64,000 nucleotides of DNA from an uncultured Nitrospiraceae bacterium (GTDB lineage: Bacteria; Nitrospirota; Thermodesulfovibrionia; Thermodesulfovibrionales; SM23-35). A program made the position numbers and the translations under genes. Shown here in pieces: positions 28,515 to 39,053 of the stretch. Within the stretch, counting starts at the first letter, position 1, and each line of letters opens with the position of its first letter. Under the pieces are notes generated by a model. The model made no database searches. It saw nothing but the letters and a program-made list of their open reading frames with translations, and was not told the DNA's origin. Location: assembly GCA_963727775.1 (NCBI GenBank), contig CAVSHB010000001.1, forward strand, positions 1,312,001-1,376,000, given 5' to 3'.

Positions 28515-29447
28515 ATTAAAGGCTATCTGATAAAGAAATTGCTTCTGCTGATACCTGTCCTTTTCGGCATTACTCTCCTTACATTTACACTCACAAAAAC
28601 ATTGCCGGGTGATCCTGTTTTGAGCATGGTAGGTGAAAGAGCGCAACCTGAAGTTATAGAGAAGATCAGAAAAGAACTCGGCGCGGATAAAAATATTTTC
28701 AGCCAGTATGCCGGATATGTAAAATTGCTGATGACCGGAGAATTCGGGCGCTCCTATTATACAAACCGAAAGGTATTCGACGACCTCATGCTTAAATTCC
28801 CGAATACCTTAAAGCTGGCATTATGCGCCATGATAATAGCCATACCTGTCGGCCTGCTGCTGGGATTCATTTCCGCGATTTATAAGGATACCCTCACGGA
28901 CAGGCTGATTTCTTCTTTGTCGGTCATCGGACTAAGTGTGCCGGTTTTCTGGAGCGGACTCCTGATTATGCTTTTTTTTAGCCTGAAGCTTAGACTTTTC
29001 CCTCCGTCGGGAACGGGGGACCTCAGATTTCTTGTGCTGCCTTCGATAACTCTCGCCTTGCCTGCCCTTGCGACCTTATCAAGGCTTGTAAGGACCATAT
29101 GCATCGATATCATCGATATGCCTTTTGTTACAACGGCAAGGGCCAAGGGGATAAGGGAGACGAAGATAGCCCTAATCCATGTGCTCAAGAATGCGCTCAT
29201 TCCCATTATAACCGTCATAGGGCTTGATTTCGGAAGCTATCTGAACGGCGCGGTCCTTACCGAAACCATATTCGGATGGGACGGCATAGGAAGATTTACG
29301 ATGGAGGGAATAGTAAAGAGAGACTATCCCGTAATAATGGGATGTGTGATCTTGGGGACTGTTGTTTTCGTTATCGTTAATCTGCTTGTTGATCTTATTT
29401 ATCATCATCTTGATCCGAGGGTAAGAGTGCATGAAAGCAGCAGGTAA
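28515..29447 (+). CDS. Peptide ABC transporter permease (DppB/OppB)
   Basis: LPGDP, VPVFW, TARAKG and HVLKNALIP motifs. Start uncertain (ATT 28515 or TTG 28539). Confidence 0.92.
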   Translation: MKGYLIKKLLLLIPVLFGITLLTFTLTKTLPGDPVLSMVGERAQPEVIEKIRKELGADKNIFSQYAGYVKLLMTGEFGRSYYTNRKVFDDLMLKFPNTLKLALCAMIIAIPVGLLLGFISAIYKDTLTDRLISSLSVIGLSVPVFWSGLLIMLFFSLKLRLFPPSGTGDLRFLVLPSITLALPALATLSRLVRTICIDIIDMPFVTTARAKGIRETKIALIHVLKNALIPIITVIGLDFGSYLNGAVLTETIFGWDGIGRFTMEGIVKRDYPVIMGCVILGTVVFVIVNLLVDLIYHHLDPRVRVHESSR

Positions 29448-30240
29448 GATTTCGGTTTCCGTATTAATTTTAATATCACTGCTTTCTTTGTTTGCGCCTT
29501 TGATCTCTCATTATGACCCCGACAGAATTGACCTCGACAGCCTGAGAGAACCTCCGGGCGTAAACCACTTTTTAGGCACGGACAACAAAGGCAGGGACAT
29601 CTTTGCAAGGTTAATTTATGGGGGAAGGATATCGATAAGCATTGCGCTGAGCGCAGCGTTCGTATCGGTGGTTATCGGACTTATTGTCGGCTTGTGTTCA
29701 GGGTATTTTGGAGGGAAGACAGATACGGCTATTATGGCAATCGTCGATTTGATACTTTCTTTCCCGGCGCTGCTTCTCGCGATTGGAATCTCCATTATAT
29801 TTCCGCCCGGTATTTATACGGTAATGATAGCGATTGCCTCTGTCGGCTGGGCATCGTTTGCAAGGCTTATAAGAAGCCACATATTGACCTTGAGAGAAGC
29901 AAATTTTGTTGAAGCGGCAAGATCAATAGGATGCGGGGATGCACGGATATTATTTGTTCATCTCATGCCCCAATGCATATCTTTGGTGCTTGTCATGACA
30001 AGCATGAAGATAGGCGGGTATATACTGACGGAGGCGTCGCTAAGTTTCCTGGGTTTGGGCGCCCAGCCTCCTGCGGCAACCTGGGGGTCCATGATAAATG
30101 CAAACAGGGCTTATATTTCGTCCGCCCCCTGGATGGTATTTTCCCCGGGATTGATGATCGCTGTTACGGCACTCAGTTTTAATATTCTCGGAGATGCGCT
30201 GAGAGATAAATACGGATTGAGGACCAAAGGACAGAATTGA
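29431..30240 (+). CDS. Peptide ABC transporter permease (DppC/OppC)
   Basis: HFLGTDNKGRDIFAR, FVEAARSIG and EASLSFLGLG motifs. Confidence 0.93.
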   Translation: MKAAGKISVSVLILISLLSLFAPLISHYDPDRIDLDSLREPPGVNHFLGTDNKGRDIFARLIYGGRISISIALSAAFVSVVIGLIVGLCSGYFGGKTDTAIMAIVDLILSFPALLLAIGISIIFPPGIYTVMIAIASVGWASFARLIRSHILTLREANFVEAARSIGCGDARILFVHLMPQCISLVLVMTSMKIGGYILTEASLSFLGLGAQPPAATWGSMINANRAYISSAPWMVFSPGLMIAVTALSFNILGDALRDKYGLRTKGQN

Positions 30241-30257
30241 TATAGAGGCGGGACCTT

Positions 30258-30815
30258 TTACTTTTCCCTGAGTTTTTCTTCCTCTTCCTGTAAGGTTTTA
30301 CACTCTATGCACATAGTGGTGACCGGTCTTGCTTCGAGTCTCCTTATATCTATTTCCAGACCGCACTTGTCGCATATGCCGAATATACCCTGGCTCAGCC
30401 TTTCTAAGGCCTCGTCAATCTTTTTTATAAGTTTACGTTCCCTTCCCTTTAGCCTGAGCATGAAATTTCTATCGATTTCGGCAGTTGCCTGATCACCAAG
30501 GTCTGGAAACATAGTCTGTCCCGGCAATTCATTCAGTGCTTCCAGCGCGCCAAGCAAGAGGATTTTTTTCTGTGATAGGAGATTTTTCTTTATATCGTGC
30601 AATTTCTTTTCTCGCGGGTTCATCTTTATTGATTTGCCTGCTGTTTTTTTTGCGGTTGTTTTTGTAGTTGTTTTTGTAGTTGTTTTTGCTGTTATTTTTG
30701 CTGTTACCTTTTTTGTTTCTTTTATTGGTTCCTTTGCTTTCTTAGCCTTATCCTTAGCCTTAGTATTCGGCTTAGTATTCGGCTTCTTGGTTTTGACGGC
30801 CTGTTTCTTTGTCAT
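30258..30815 (-). CDS. dksA: RNA polymerase-binding protein DksA with a Lys/Thr-rich N-terminal extension
   Basis: Coiled-coil tip DLGDQA, RERKLIKKIDEAL and a 4-Cys Zn finger CDKC...RLEARP...CIEC. Confidence 0.92.
   Translation of the reverse strand: MTKKQAVKTKKPNTKPNTKAKDKAKKAKEPIKETKKVTAKITAKTTTKTTTKTTAKKTAGKSIKMNPREKKLHDIKKNLLSQKKILLLGALEALNELPGQTMFPDLGDQATAEIDRNFMLRLKGRERKLIKKIDEALERLSQGIFGICDKCGLEIDIRRLEARPVTTMCIECKTLQEEEEKLREK
30637..30785. repeat. Degenerate 12-bp tandem repeats within the 5' part of dksA
   Basis: GTTGTTTTTGYW-like units encode KTTT/KTTA/KITA, and CTTAGTATTCGG occurs twice (PNTK). Confidence 0.75.
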
Positions 30816-30969
30816 ATGGACTCCTAATAATATAAGATAATTACTTAACTTAACAAAAATATCCGAGTCCGGTCAATGGGAATATGGCGTGGTTTATCCG
30901 GGGGGGATTATTTAGACAGACGCTATACGGAAACAGAATGAAATTATGCCTGTTTAGGTAAAATAAAGA

Positions 30970-31752
30970 ATGAAGGATACGGAGAAGGACATCCGGTCGG
31001 CGCTTACTGCAACAGTGGAAGAGCTGAAGCTGCTTGTGCATCATCCTTCTTCCAGAGTTGTTGCAACCCTCCTTTACAATCCCAATTTGACTGAAGAACT
31101 TGCGCTCATGATCGCAAACAGAAAGAATATTGATCCGGTGATACTCGAATCCCTTCATCAGGACAAGCGATGGCTGAAAAGTTATCGCATCATGCTCGCA
31201 TTATGCAAAAACCCCAGGACGCCGCAGAAAGTCTTATTCTCGTTATTAAAATCTTTAAGAATATTTGATATCGCTGACCTGACAAGGAACCGGCAAGTCC
31301 CGCTGAATGTGAGGATGAAAGCGGAAACGCATATCAACGAGAAAATATTGTCGATGCCACTGGGCATTAAAACTGCGCTGGCGCGCATGGCAAGCGGCAG
31401 TGTTCTCATAAGATTGCTGGAGGACGGCATGAAGGAAGTTGTTGCAGTATGCCTTAACAGCATTTATATGACCGAAGGGGTCATATGCAAGCTTGTAAAC
31501 ATGAAAAAAATAGCTTCTCACGTAATTCGGCAGATAGCAGAACATCCAAAGTGGTCAGGCAGGTATGATGTGCGATGGTCGTTGATCCGCAACAGACACG
31601 CTCCGCTCTCACGTGTTGTGGGTTTCCTCAAGAATTTCAAGACTACCGACCTGGAGGAACTCTATGCCGCCCCGGAGGTGCCGGCAAGCACAAAGCCGTT
31701 TATTTACAGAGAGCTTATGGACAGGGAAGAAACCCGGGTATCTAAACATTAA
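30970..31752 (+). CDS. Hypothetical alpha-helical repeat protein
   Basis: 260-aa ORF with repeated NP-type motifs (LLYNPNL, LCKNPRTP, LIRNRHAP). Confidence 0.7.
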   Translation: MKDTEKDIRSALTATVEELKLLVHHPSSRVVATLLYNPNLTEELALMIANRKNIDPVILESLHQDKRWLKSYRIMLALCKNPRTPQKVLFSLLKSLRIFDIADLTRNRQVPLNVRMKAETHINEKILSMPLGIKTALARMASGSVLIRLLEDGMKEVVAVCLNSIYMTEGVICKLVNMKKIASHVIRQIAEHPKWSGRYDVRWSLIRNRHAPLSRVVGFLKNFKTTDLEELYAAPEVPASTKPFIYRELMDREETRVSKH

Positions 31753-32821
31753 ACCTGAAATTAATGATGTCCCCGTCCCTTACTTCATAGGTTTTCCCTT
31801 CCAGCCTCAGGAGACCTTTATCCCTTGCAGTGTGCATGTTTCCGCTGGAGATGAAGTCTTCATATGAAATGACTTCCGCCCTAATAAACCCTTTTTCTAT
31901 GTCGGAGTGTACCTTGCCGGCAGCTTTCTGAGCAATAGTCCCCTTATTTATAGTCCATGCCTTTACTTCATCTTCGCCGACCGTGAAAAAAGATATCAGA
32001 CCGAGGATGCCGTAGCACGCCTGAATAAGTTTATTGGATGCCGGTTCGTCAACGCCGAGGTCTTCAAGGAACAGCGCCGCTTCGTCGGGAGCGAGCTGTG
32101 CGATCTCCATCTCGATTTTCCCGCATAACGTCAGGACTGAAAGTGAAGTGTAGCGCTCACTGATTGAAGACTGAAGATTTTTAATATAATCCGAATTCAG
32201 GTCTTTTTCTCCCGTATTTAATACCACAATCTCAGGCACCGTTGAAAGAAATTGCAACGGCCTCATGGCCTTTAACTCTTCTTCCGTAAATTCCACATCC
32301 CTCAGGGCGACTTCTTTCATAAGAAAATCTCTGCACTTGAGCAATAATTTTTTTTCCGATTCATCCGGTTTTTTCCCCCGCTTTATAGCCTCATCCATCT
32401 TAGCCAGACGTTTTTCTATGAGCTCGAGGTCTCCGAATATCAACTCAAGTTCAACTGTGCCGATATCCCGCAGGGGATCGATATCCCCCATGGGGTGTAT
32501 GACCGTATCGTCAGCGAATGCCCTTACAATATGCACGATGGCGTCAACGTCTTTTATTAAATCGAAGACTTTTCTGTTTTGTGCGGCGTCGCCTTTTGTG
32601 AGACCGATGTAATCCAGATATTCGATCGAGGCGTTCGCAGTTTTCTTCGGTTTAAATATCCCGGAAAGTTTGTCAATTCTGGGGTCGGGCACCTTCACAA
32701 CACCGATATTTACTTCAGCGGAAGTAGTGGGATAGATTGTTGTTTCAAGGTTATGGCCTGTAAGCGCATTGAACAATGTTGTTTTGCCGGTGTTGGATAA
32801 TCCGATAATAGATACTCTCAC
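31742..32821 (-). CDS. ychF: Redox-regulated ATPase YchF
   Basis: GKTTLFNALT, VPDPR, FFTVGEDEVKAW, AAGKVHSD..GFIRAE and FRFNV. Confidence 0.95.
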   Translation of the reverse strand: MRVSIIGLSNTGKTTLFNALTGHNLETTIYPTTSAEVNIGVVKVPDPRIDKLSGIFKPKKTANASIEYLDYIGLTKGDAAQNRKVFDLIKDVDAIVHIVRAFADDTVIHPMGDIDPLRDIGTVELELIFGDLELIEKRLAKMDEAIKRGKKPDESEKKLLLKCRDFLMKEVALRDVEFTEEELKAMRPLQFLSTVPEIVVLNTGEKDLNSDYIKNLQSSISERYTSLSVLTLCGKIEMEIAQLAPDEAALFLEDLGVDEPASNKLIQACYGILGLISFFTVGEDEVKAWTINKGTIAQKAAGKVHSDIEKGFIRAEVISYEDFISSGNMHTARDKGLLRLEGKTYEVRDGDIINFRFNV

Positions 32822-32930
32822 TTTTTATTTGTCCTTCCTGTTTTTCGGTAATTCGCGAATTATTGATAAATTTATCATAAGTGTTATATTAAAATATATA
32901 TCATATGCAATCTTAAAAACAGGAGGAAAA

Positions 32931-34394
32931 ATGATTTTGAAAAGGAAGTGTTTGTATTCTTGTCTTTCTGCCGCGAAAACGTGGCTTGTTCTCGGGATTA
33001 TCTTATCGTTGTCATGCGGAGCATGGTCATCCGCTTTTGCAGGCGACCCGAAAATCTCACAGCAGTCCGTAGATTTGCTTACAAAAATCGGACAGGCCAC
33101 AGCGGAAGTTGTCGAGGCAGTGCGGCCGGCTGTAGTCAATATATCTACTACGCGCACCGTAAAGATGCAGGGCAATGCAAACCCGTTCATGGACGACCCG
33201 TTTTTCAGAAGATTTTTCGGCGACCAGTCCAGGGCACCCAAAGAACGCAAATCTGCAAGCCTGGGATCAGGCGTCATTGTCGATTCGAGGGGCTATATAT
33301 TAACGGCGAATCATGTTATCCAGGGCGCGGAAGAGATAAAGGTCACGCTGTCCGATAAAAGAGAGTTTAAAGGAAAGATCATCGGAAGTGATGCTTTGAC
33401 CGATATTGGAATAATAAAAATTGATGCGGATGACCACCTTCCGATTATAAAGTGGGGTGATTCAGACAAACTGAGGGTCGGCGAGATGGTGCTTGCAATC
33501 GGAAGTCCTTTCGGGCTGACCTCCACTGTCACTCAGGGCATAGTCAGCGCGGTCGGAAGGGCCAATGTCGGGATAGCTGATTACGAGGATTTCATACAAA
33601 CAGACGCAGCTATAAATCCTGGCAACTCAGGCGGAGCTTTGGTGAATGCAAAGGGTGAGCTTGTAGGCATTAATACTGCTATTTTCAGCACAAGCGGCGG
33701 GTATCAGGGAATAGGCTTTGCCGTTCCTACAAGTATGGCAAAGTCCGTTATGGACAGTTTGATCAATAAGGGTAAGGTCATACGAGGGTGGCTCGGCGTG
33801 ACAATTCAGCCCCTGACTCCTGAGCTTTCAAAGCAGTTCAACATAAAAGAGGAAAGGGGAGTATTGGTAGGCGACGTAGTCGAAGACGGCCCCGCTGAAA
33901 AAGCGGGATTGCAAAGAGGAGATGTCATTGTAGAATATGAGGGCAAGAAAATAGAAGAGCCGTCCCAACTGAGAAATATGGTTGCTAATACTGAACCGGG
34001 GCAGCAAGTCGAAATGAAAATTATCAGGGACGACAAGAAAGAGACCAAAAAAGTAACGATAACTGAATTGCCGGCTGAGTTGATGAAATCTTCAAAAGGT
34101 GAATACAATAACCTATTGAAAGGCGTATCCGTACAAGACCTGACCCCGGAAATGTACGGTAAAATGAATCTTTCCAAAAGACTTAAGGGAGTTGTTGTCA
34201 CAGAGGTCGATGAGGAAAGTCCGGTTGCCACGATGGTCATTCAGGGTGATGTGATACAGGAAATAAACAGGCAGAAGATATCCAGTGTCAGGGAATATGA
34301 GAAAGTTGCTTCCAGGATAAAACCGGGCAGCGATATCCTTCTCCTTATTTATAGAAACGGCACGTCCCTGTTCGTTACTTTGTCCAACAGATAG
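32931..34394 (+). CDS. DegP/DegQ (HtrA) serine protease with two PDZ domains
   Basis: SLGSGVI, TANHV and QTDAAINPGNSGG. RBS AGGAGG before ATG 32931. Confidence 0.94.
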   Translation: MILKRKCLYSCLSAAKTWLVLGIILSLSCGAWSSAFAGDPKISQQSVDLLTKIGQATAEVVEAVRPAVVNISTTRTVKMQGNANPFMDDPFFRRFFGDQSRAPKERKSASLGSGVIVDSRGYILTANHVIQGAEEIKVTLSDKREFKGKIIGSDALTDIGIIKIDADDHLPIIKWGDSDKLRVGEMVLAIGSPFGLTSTVTQGIVSAVGRANVGIADYEDFIQTDAAINPGNSGGALVNAKGELVGINTAIFSTSGGYQGIGFAVPTSMAKSVMDSLINKGKVIRGWLGVTIQPLTPELSKQFNIKEERGVLVGDVVEDGPAEKAGLQRGDVIVEYEGKKIEEPSQLRNMVANTEPGQQVEMKIIRDDKKETKKVTITELPAELMKSSKGEYNNLLKGVSVQDLTPEMYGKMNLSKRLKGVVVTEVDEESPVATMVIQGDVIQEINRQKISSVREYEKVASRIKPGSDILLLIYRNGTSLFVTLSNR

Positions 34395-34399
34395 ATTGT

Positions 34400-34438
34400 A
34401 TGACATAGGGTGGGTGGTGATCACCCGCCCTATGTCAT
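34400..34438. terminator. Hairpin between the convergent protease and larC genes
   Basis: ATGACATAGGGTGGGTG-N5-CACCCGCCCTATGTCAT followed by a T-rich tract on the + strand. Confidence 0.8.
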
Positions 34439-35640
34439 TTTATTTTTCTCATTACATCGATGAGGGGAATATTAAGTTTCTTTGCAATTCTCTTGCAATC
34501 TTCATATTCAGGGGTAACTTTAATAATTTCATTCCCGAGTTTCGAGACCTTTACCCTTATCTTGCCGAATTCCGTGTCTGTTTTTTTGATCTTGCGCTGG
34601 AGGACCCTTCTACCCGCCTTATAAAATCTCAGCCCGATTGTACTTGTCTCCCTGAGGATTATGTCCATTAAATCGTCATTCTTCTCTTCATTACAGAGCA
34701 CTGTCAGCTTTACTCCGGGCCTTGCCTTTTTCATCATGACATGTGTCAAATAGACATCGAGAGCGCCTGCTTTGTAGAGCTTCTCCATGACGTATTCAAA
34801 TATCTGGGGGTTCATGTCATCGATATCGGTTTCGATAACTGTCACTGCTTTATCGGATAATCGCCTCATACCCCTTTTACTAAAAAGCGGCAGGATGGGA
34901 TTACCGATTAATATCCTCAGAATGTTAGGCTGCTCTTTGAAATCCTTCTGCCCGGCGCCCGTACCGATCTTTTCAATATTCATCAAAGGTATGTCCGAGA
35001 ACCCTTCTGAAAGCTCTTTGATTATGGCCGCTCCTGTCGGGGTTGTCAGTTCGAATGAGACGCCGCCGGAGTATACAGGCGTATTTTTCAGGATCTCGGC
35101 AGTAGCAGGCGCCGGGACCGGAAGAATTCCATCTTCCGTCTCTATGAAACCTTTGCCGAGATTGAGAGGGGATGAATAGACCTTTTCTATGCCGAGGGCA
35201 TCCAGCCCGATAATGATCCCAAATACATCGACAATGCAATCAACGGCGCCAAGCTCATGGAGATGGACCTTATGAAATGGCTCCCCGTGTACCTTTGACT
35301 CAGCATCAAACAGCCGCTTGAAAACCCTGAGGCCTTTATGTTTAATGTCTTGAGACAAAGCTGAATTCAGAATTATCTCTTCGATATCTTTCCATCGTCT
35401 GATCAATAGCTTCTTAGTAGATGCATCCCTGCCTTTTTTTGCATTTTCCTGTAAAACAGATACCTTGCTTGCAGCAAGATGCCCCCGTTTTACTTTTTCA
35501 ATAACCAGCCGATAACTTTGAACAGGAATTTTATCGAGTTCTCCTTTTAATTTTTTAAAAGACAAACCTGCATCTACAAGTGCGCCGAGGCACATATCCC
35601 CGCTGATTCCCGAGAAACAGTCAAAATAGGCTATCTTCAA
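34435..35640 (-). CDS. larC: Nickel-pincer cofactor nickel insertase LarC
   Basis: YFDCFSGISGDM, VHLHELGAVD, PVPAPAT, ELTTPTGA, DDMNPQ and PEYEDC. TTG start 35640 after AGGAG. Confidence 0.93.
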   Translation of the reverse strand: MKIAYFDCFSGISGDMCLGALVDAGLSFKKLKGELDKIPVQSYRLVIEKVKRGHLAASKVSVLQENAKKGRDASTKKLLIRRWKDIEEIILNSALSQDIKHKGLRVFKRLFDAESKVHGEPFHKVHLHELGAVDCIVDVFGIIIGLDALGIEKVYSSPLNLGKGFIETEDGILPVPAPATAEILKNTPVYSGGVSFELTTPTGAAIIKELSEGFSDIPLMNIEKIGTGAGQKDFKEQPNILRILIGNPILPLFSKRGMRRLSDKAVTVIETDIDDMNPQIFEYVMEKLYKAGALDVYLTHVMMKKARPGVKLTVLCNEEKNDDLMDIILRETSTIGLRFYKAGRRVLQRKIKKTDTEFGKIRVKVSKLGNEIIKVTPEYEDCKRIAKKLNIPLIDVMRKIK

Positions 35641-35849
35641 AATAATGAAATCTCCTGTGATTGATATTTTACCACTGACCTTTGCCGATTCATACAAAAA
35701 TTGGTAAATTCGCCGGCATTCATCTAAAATTATCCCGTTCGATCTTATCTCAAAAAGGTGAATTTCGAAAAAGCTTGCTCTTGTAACCTTATTTGTGCAA
35801 AATATATAAGTTTTTAGAAACCTTCCGTTTTTAAGTTTTTTAAATTAAG

Positions 35850-36881
35850 ATGAATAAAAAACTTACCTATAAAAAGGCCGGTGTTGATATTGACGAGGGA
35901 GAGAGGTTTGTAAGGCGTATCTCCCCGATGGTCAAAAAGACATTCAGGTCTGAAGTAATTACGGATATAGGCTCATTCAGCGCTCTGTTCAAGCTTGACA
36001 AAAAATATAAAAATCCTGTTCTTGTCAGCGGAACAGACGGTGTCGGGACAAAGCTGAAGATTGCCTTTATGATGGGCAAGCATGACACTGTAGGGATCGA
36101 CCTTGTTGCGATGTGCGTGAACGATATACTTACCAGCGGGGCTGAGCCCTTATTTTTACTCGACTATTTTGCGACAGGCAAACTCAAATCTGAAAAAGCA
36201 TCTGAAGTCATAAAAGGTATAGTGAAAGGCTGTAAAGATGCCGGCTGTTCTCTCATAGGTGGTGAAACAGCAGAGATGCCCGGGTTCTATTCCGAGGGTG
36301 AATATGACCTGTCCGGATTCGCCGTCGGGGTTGTGGACAGAAAAAACATAATAGACGGATCGAAGATAAAAGCCGGAGACGCTGTTATTGGGCTTGCATC
36401 CAGCGGCCTCCACAGCAATGGATACTCACTTGTAAGAAAAATATTTTTCGATGTAAAGAAGATGGACATATCTTCATTTGTTCCGGACCTTGGAAGAACA
36501 ATAGGCGAGGAGCTTCTTAAGCCTACGAAAATATACGTTAAAGCGTTCAAGGGACTTAAAGACAAGATAACAATAAAGGGAATGGCGCATATAACAGGCG
36601 GCGGCATTCCGGGCAACCTTCCAAGAATATTGCCGGCAGGTATTTGCGCTCATATCAAACCAGGTTCATGGCCTGTCCCGAAAATATTTACCAGCATAAG
36701 AAACACGGGGAATGTCCCTGAAGATGATATGAAAAAGACTTTTAATATGGGGATTGGATATACCATAATCGTCTCGGGAAAAGCGGCAGAAGACACTGTT
36801 GCTATACTTAATAGATCTGGATATCCGGCCTTTATAATCGGCAGTACAGAGAAAGGAGGGAAGGGTGTTCGATATTCATAG
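35850..36881 (+). CDS. purM: Phosphoribosylformylglycinamidine cyclo-ligase
   Basis: YKKAGVD, TDGVGTK, GGETAEMPG, SSGLHSNGYSL, AHITGGG and TFNMG. Confidence 0.97.
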   Translation: MNKKLTYKKAGVDIDEGERFVRRISPMVKKTFRSEVITDIGSFSALFKLDKKYKNPVLVSGTDGVGTKLKIAFMMGKHDTVGIDLVAMCVNDILTSGAEPLFLLDYFATGKLKSEKASEVIKGIVKGCKDAGCSLIGGETAEMPGFYSEGEYDLSGFAVGVVDRKNIIDGSKIKAGDAVIGLASSGLHSNGYSLVRKIFFDVKKMDISSFVPDLGRTIGEELLKPTKIYVKAFKGLKDKITIKGMAHITGGGIPGNLPRILPAGICAHIKPGSWPVPKIFTSIRNTGNVPEDDMKKTFNMGIGYTIIVSGKAAEDTVAILNRSGYPAFIIGSTEKGGKGVRYS

Positions 36882-37710
36882 AATAAAAGCGTTGTTGAAA
36901 AAGGCATTCACTCCTGTAACAATAATGCTAGTCCCTCATAGTAAGAGCAAGCCATGGAATTTTAAGATGCCTTTCATAGGAATATTTACATCGGTAGTAT
37001 TATGTTGCTTCGGTATTGTGTATATTCTTTCTATTGCGGTAAATACCTTCGAATATTACCGTATGAAAGAAAAGCTGAATTATTATTCGCAACAGTTTAC
37101 AGAGTTGAACACAACAATATTTGCCCTTAAAAAGGCCGAACACGAATTCAAAAGGTTGTTTTCCCTTGGATCCAGGGAAAAAGTCCTTGAGAATATGAAT
37201 ACCTCGGACAGCGGCTCCATAGACATGGAAAGTTTAAAGAAACAGATTAAAATAACCATAGAAAGTGTAGGAGAAATAAAGGATTATTTGCATGTACAAA
37301 GAGATGTTTATATCTCGACTCCCAAAGGGTTTCCTGTAGCTGGGAACATCTCTTCGCCTTACGGAAAAAGGCTGAACCCTTTAGATGGAAGTGATGAATT
37401 TCACTCCGGCGTTGATCTCTCTACACAGCCCGGCAACCCTGTCAGAGCCACTGCGAACGGAATAGTGAGCTTTTCGGGGTGGAGCGGCGGCAACGGTAAT
37501 CTCGTTGTCCTGGAACATGGGCATGGGTTTTCAACATTTTATGCTCATAATAGGATGACCAAGGTAAAAGTAGGACAGAAAGTAAAAAGGGGTGATGTTA
37601 TCAGCTATGTGGGTTCTACCGGCAGCTCAACAGGACCTCATTTACATTATGAGATATGGAAAGACGGAAAATCGGTTAACCCCATCAATTATTTAAAAGG
37701 GAGGGCATGA
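36865..37710 (+). CDS. M23 family metallopeptidase
   Basis: TM helix plus coiled coil, HSGVD, YAH and GSTGSSTGPHLHYE. Confidence 0.92.
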   Translation: MFDIHRIKALLKKAFTPVTIMLVPHSKSKPWNFKMPFIGIFTSVVLCCFGIVYILSIAVNTFEYYRMKEKLNYYSQQFTELNTTIFALKKAEHEFKRLFSLGSREKVLENMNTSDSGSIDMESLKKQIKITIESVGEIKDYLHVQRDVYISTPKGFPVAGNISSPYGKRLNPLDGSDEFHSGVDLSTQPGNPVRATANGIVSFSGWSGGNGNLVVLEHGHGFSTFYAHNRMTKVKVGQKVKRGDVISYVGSTGSSTGPHLHYEIWKDGKSVNPINYLKGRA

Positions 37711-38081
37711 TGTTCAATAAAAATACCGAGAAACTTGAGTCGCTTATAGGATTAAATTCAAGCTTTAAAGGAGATATCGAGACCAAAGGAACACTGAGGA
37801 TTGACGGCAGCATGGAAGGCAATGTCACTGCCGACTGGGTTATCCTTGGCGAAAAAGCATCTTTAAAGGGAGATATCAGCTCACGAGGGATTGTGGTAGG
37901 CGGCAGGATCGAAGGTAATCTGAAGGCAAAAGAGATTGTGGAAATTAAGGCCAAGGGTCAGGTCTTTGGAGATATTCATACGCAAAAGCTTACTATTGTG
38001 GAAGGCGGCACGTTTGAGGGCAGGTCATCTATGTCGAAGGAAGAAAGCAAGGTCGTAGAGTTCCAGATGAAAAACTCATAG
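37707..38081 (+). CDS. Bactofilin (polymer-forming cytoskeletal protein)
   Basis: Beta-helix pattern GTLRIDGSMEGNV, VGGRIEGNL and IVEGGTFEG. Confidence 0.92.
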   Translation: MMFNKNTEKLESLIGLNSSFKGDIETKGTLRIDGSMEGNVTADWVILGEKASLKGDISSRGIVVGGRIEGNLKAKEIVEIKAKGQVFGDIHTQKLTIVEGGTFEGRSSMSKEESKVVEFQMKNS

Positions 38082-38175
38082 AATAATGACCCTTAATGGC
38101 TTAGCAATCATCAAAGAATTAATCGAAGGCATCAATAATTCTTCTTAATAAGAAGTACTTGGCTGAAGAGAGCAG

Positions 38176-39036
38176 TTAAACTCCCCAGGGTGCAGGAGAG
38201 GGCCGTTTATATCCCTTCTCCGATGCGAGAATATCCAGGTGAATGGTTATGATGTCTTCCAGTTGTAAATCAGGCGTGTAATCAAGCTTACGCGAATCCA
38301 CAGTCTTAATATACTGTTTACAGTGATCGCATATGTCAACCCTGTATGCTTCATGTCCTTCTTCATAAAGGTAGTGGAGTTTTTCATGGTCGGCATTTTC
38401 ACAATACGGGCATTTCAGCCGCTCAGACGGCCACTGAAAGCCGCAGAAAGAACACAGGAAGGAGCGTATCCCTTCATCCTTCAACTCTGATATCTGCGGA
38501 GATGAGCCACATACAGGGCAGTAACCTCTCAGCCAGTTTTTTAGATCGACCTGCCCCTTTAAATGTTCTACGTTGACGTTGAGGGAAGGTTGAATGCTTG
38601 AATGAATCAGGAATATCAGGACAGCCCCGTTGATATTGAACTCTTCCGCAATTCTGTTCACATACGCGTCATCAGAATGTCTCTTCAAGAGTTCCCTGAG
38701 ATTCAGCGCATTGATCGCAACAGCTTCTTCTATCGCCTGAATATTATCGCTCATCTTTTCATTTGAATTCCTTAAGATTCGGCATAACGACTCGAAGAGC
38801 CTTATGCATGATGGGATATCAAGAATAAAATCTTTTCTGTCGATGAGGGGAGAGCCCTCACGGGTCTGCAGACTTTTCATGCTATTTTGCGGAGCAGAAT
38901 GCAGAGTCACAACGGGTTGTACCGCTGCCTGTTCTTCGATTACCTTTTCATAAAAACCGAGGAGTTCCCGGTAGAGGGGATGCGTTTCTTTCAGATGTTC
39001 GATCAGTTTTTTTGTATGTTCCAGTGATTCGATCAC
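38176..39036 (-). CDS. fdhE: Formate dehydrogenase accessory protein FdhE
   Basis: CPVCGS.P, CSFC, CPYC and CDHC..YIKTVD, downstream of the fdh genes. Confidence 0.92.
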   Translation of the reverse strand: MIESLEHTKKLIEHLKETHPLYRELLGFYEKVIEEQAAVQPVVTLHSAPQNSMKSLQTREGSPLIDRKDFILDIPSCIRLFESLCRILRNSNEKMSDNIQAIEEAVAINALNLRELLKRHSDDAYVNRIAEEFNINGAVLIFLIHSSIQPSLNVNVEHLKGQVDLKNWLRGYCPVCGSSPQISELKDEGIRSFLCSFCGFQWPSERLKCPYCENADHEKLHYLYEEGHEAYRVDICDHCKQYIKTVDSRKLDYTPDLQLEDIITIHLDILASEKGYKRPSPAPWGV

Positions 39037-39053
39037 AATATATCCCCTTTAAG

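Noticed and set aside
36865..38081. M23 peptidase-bactofilin pair as a novel system
   Set aside because: Already a known, widespread cell-shape module.
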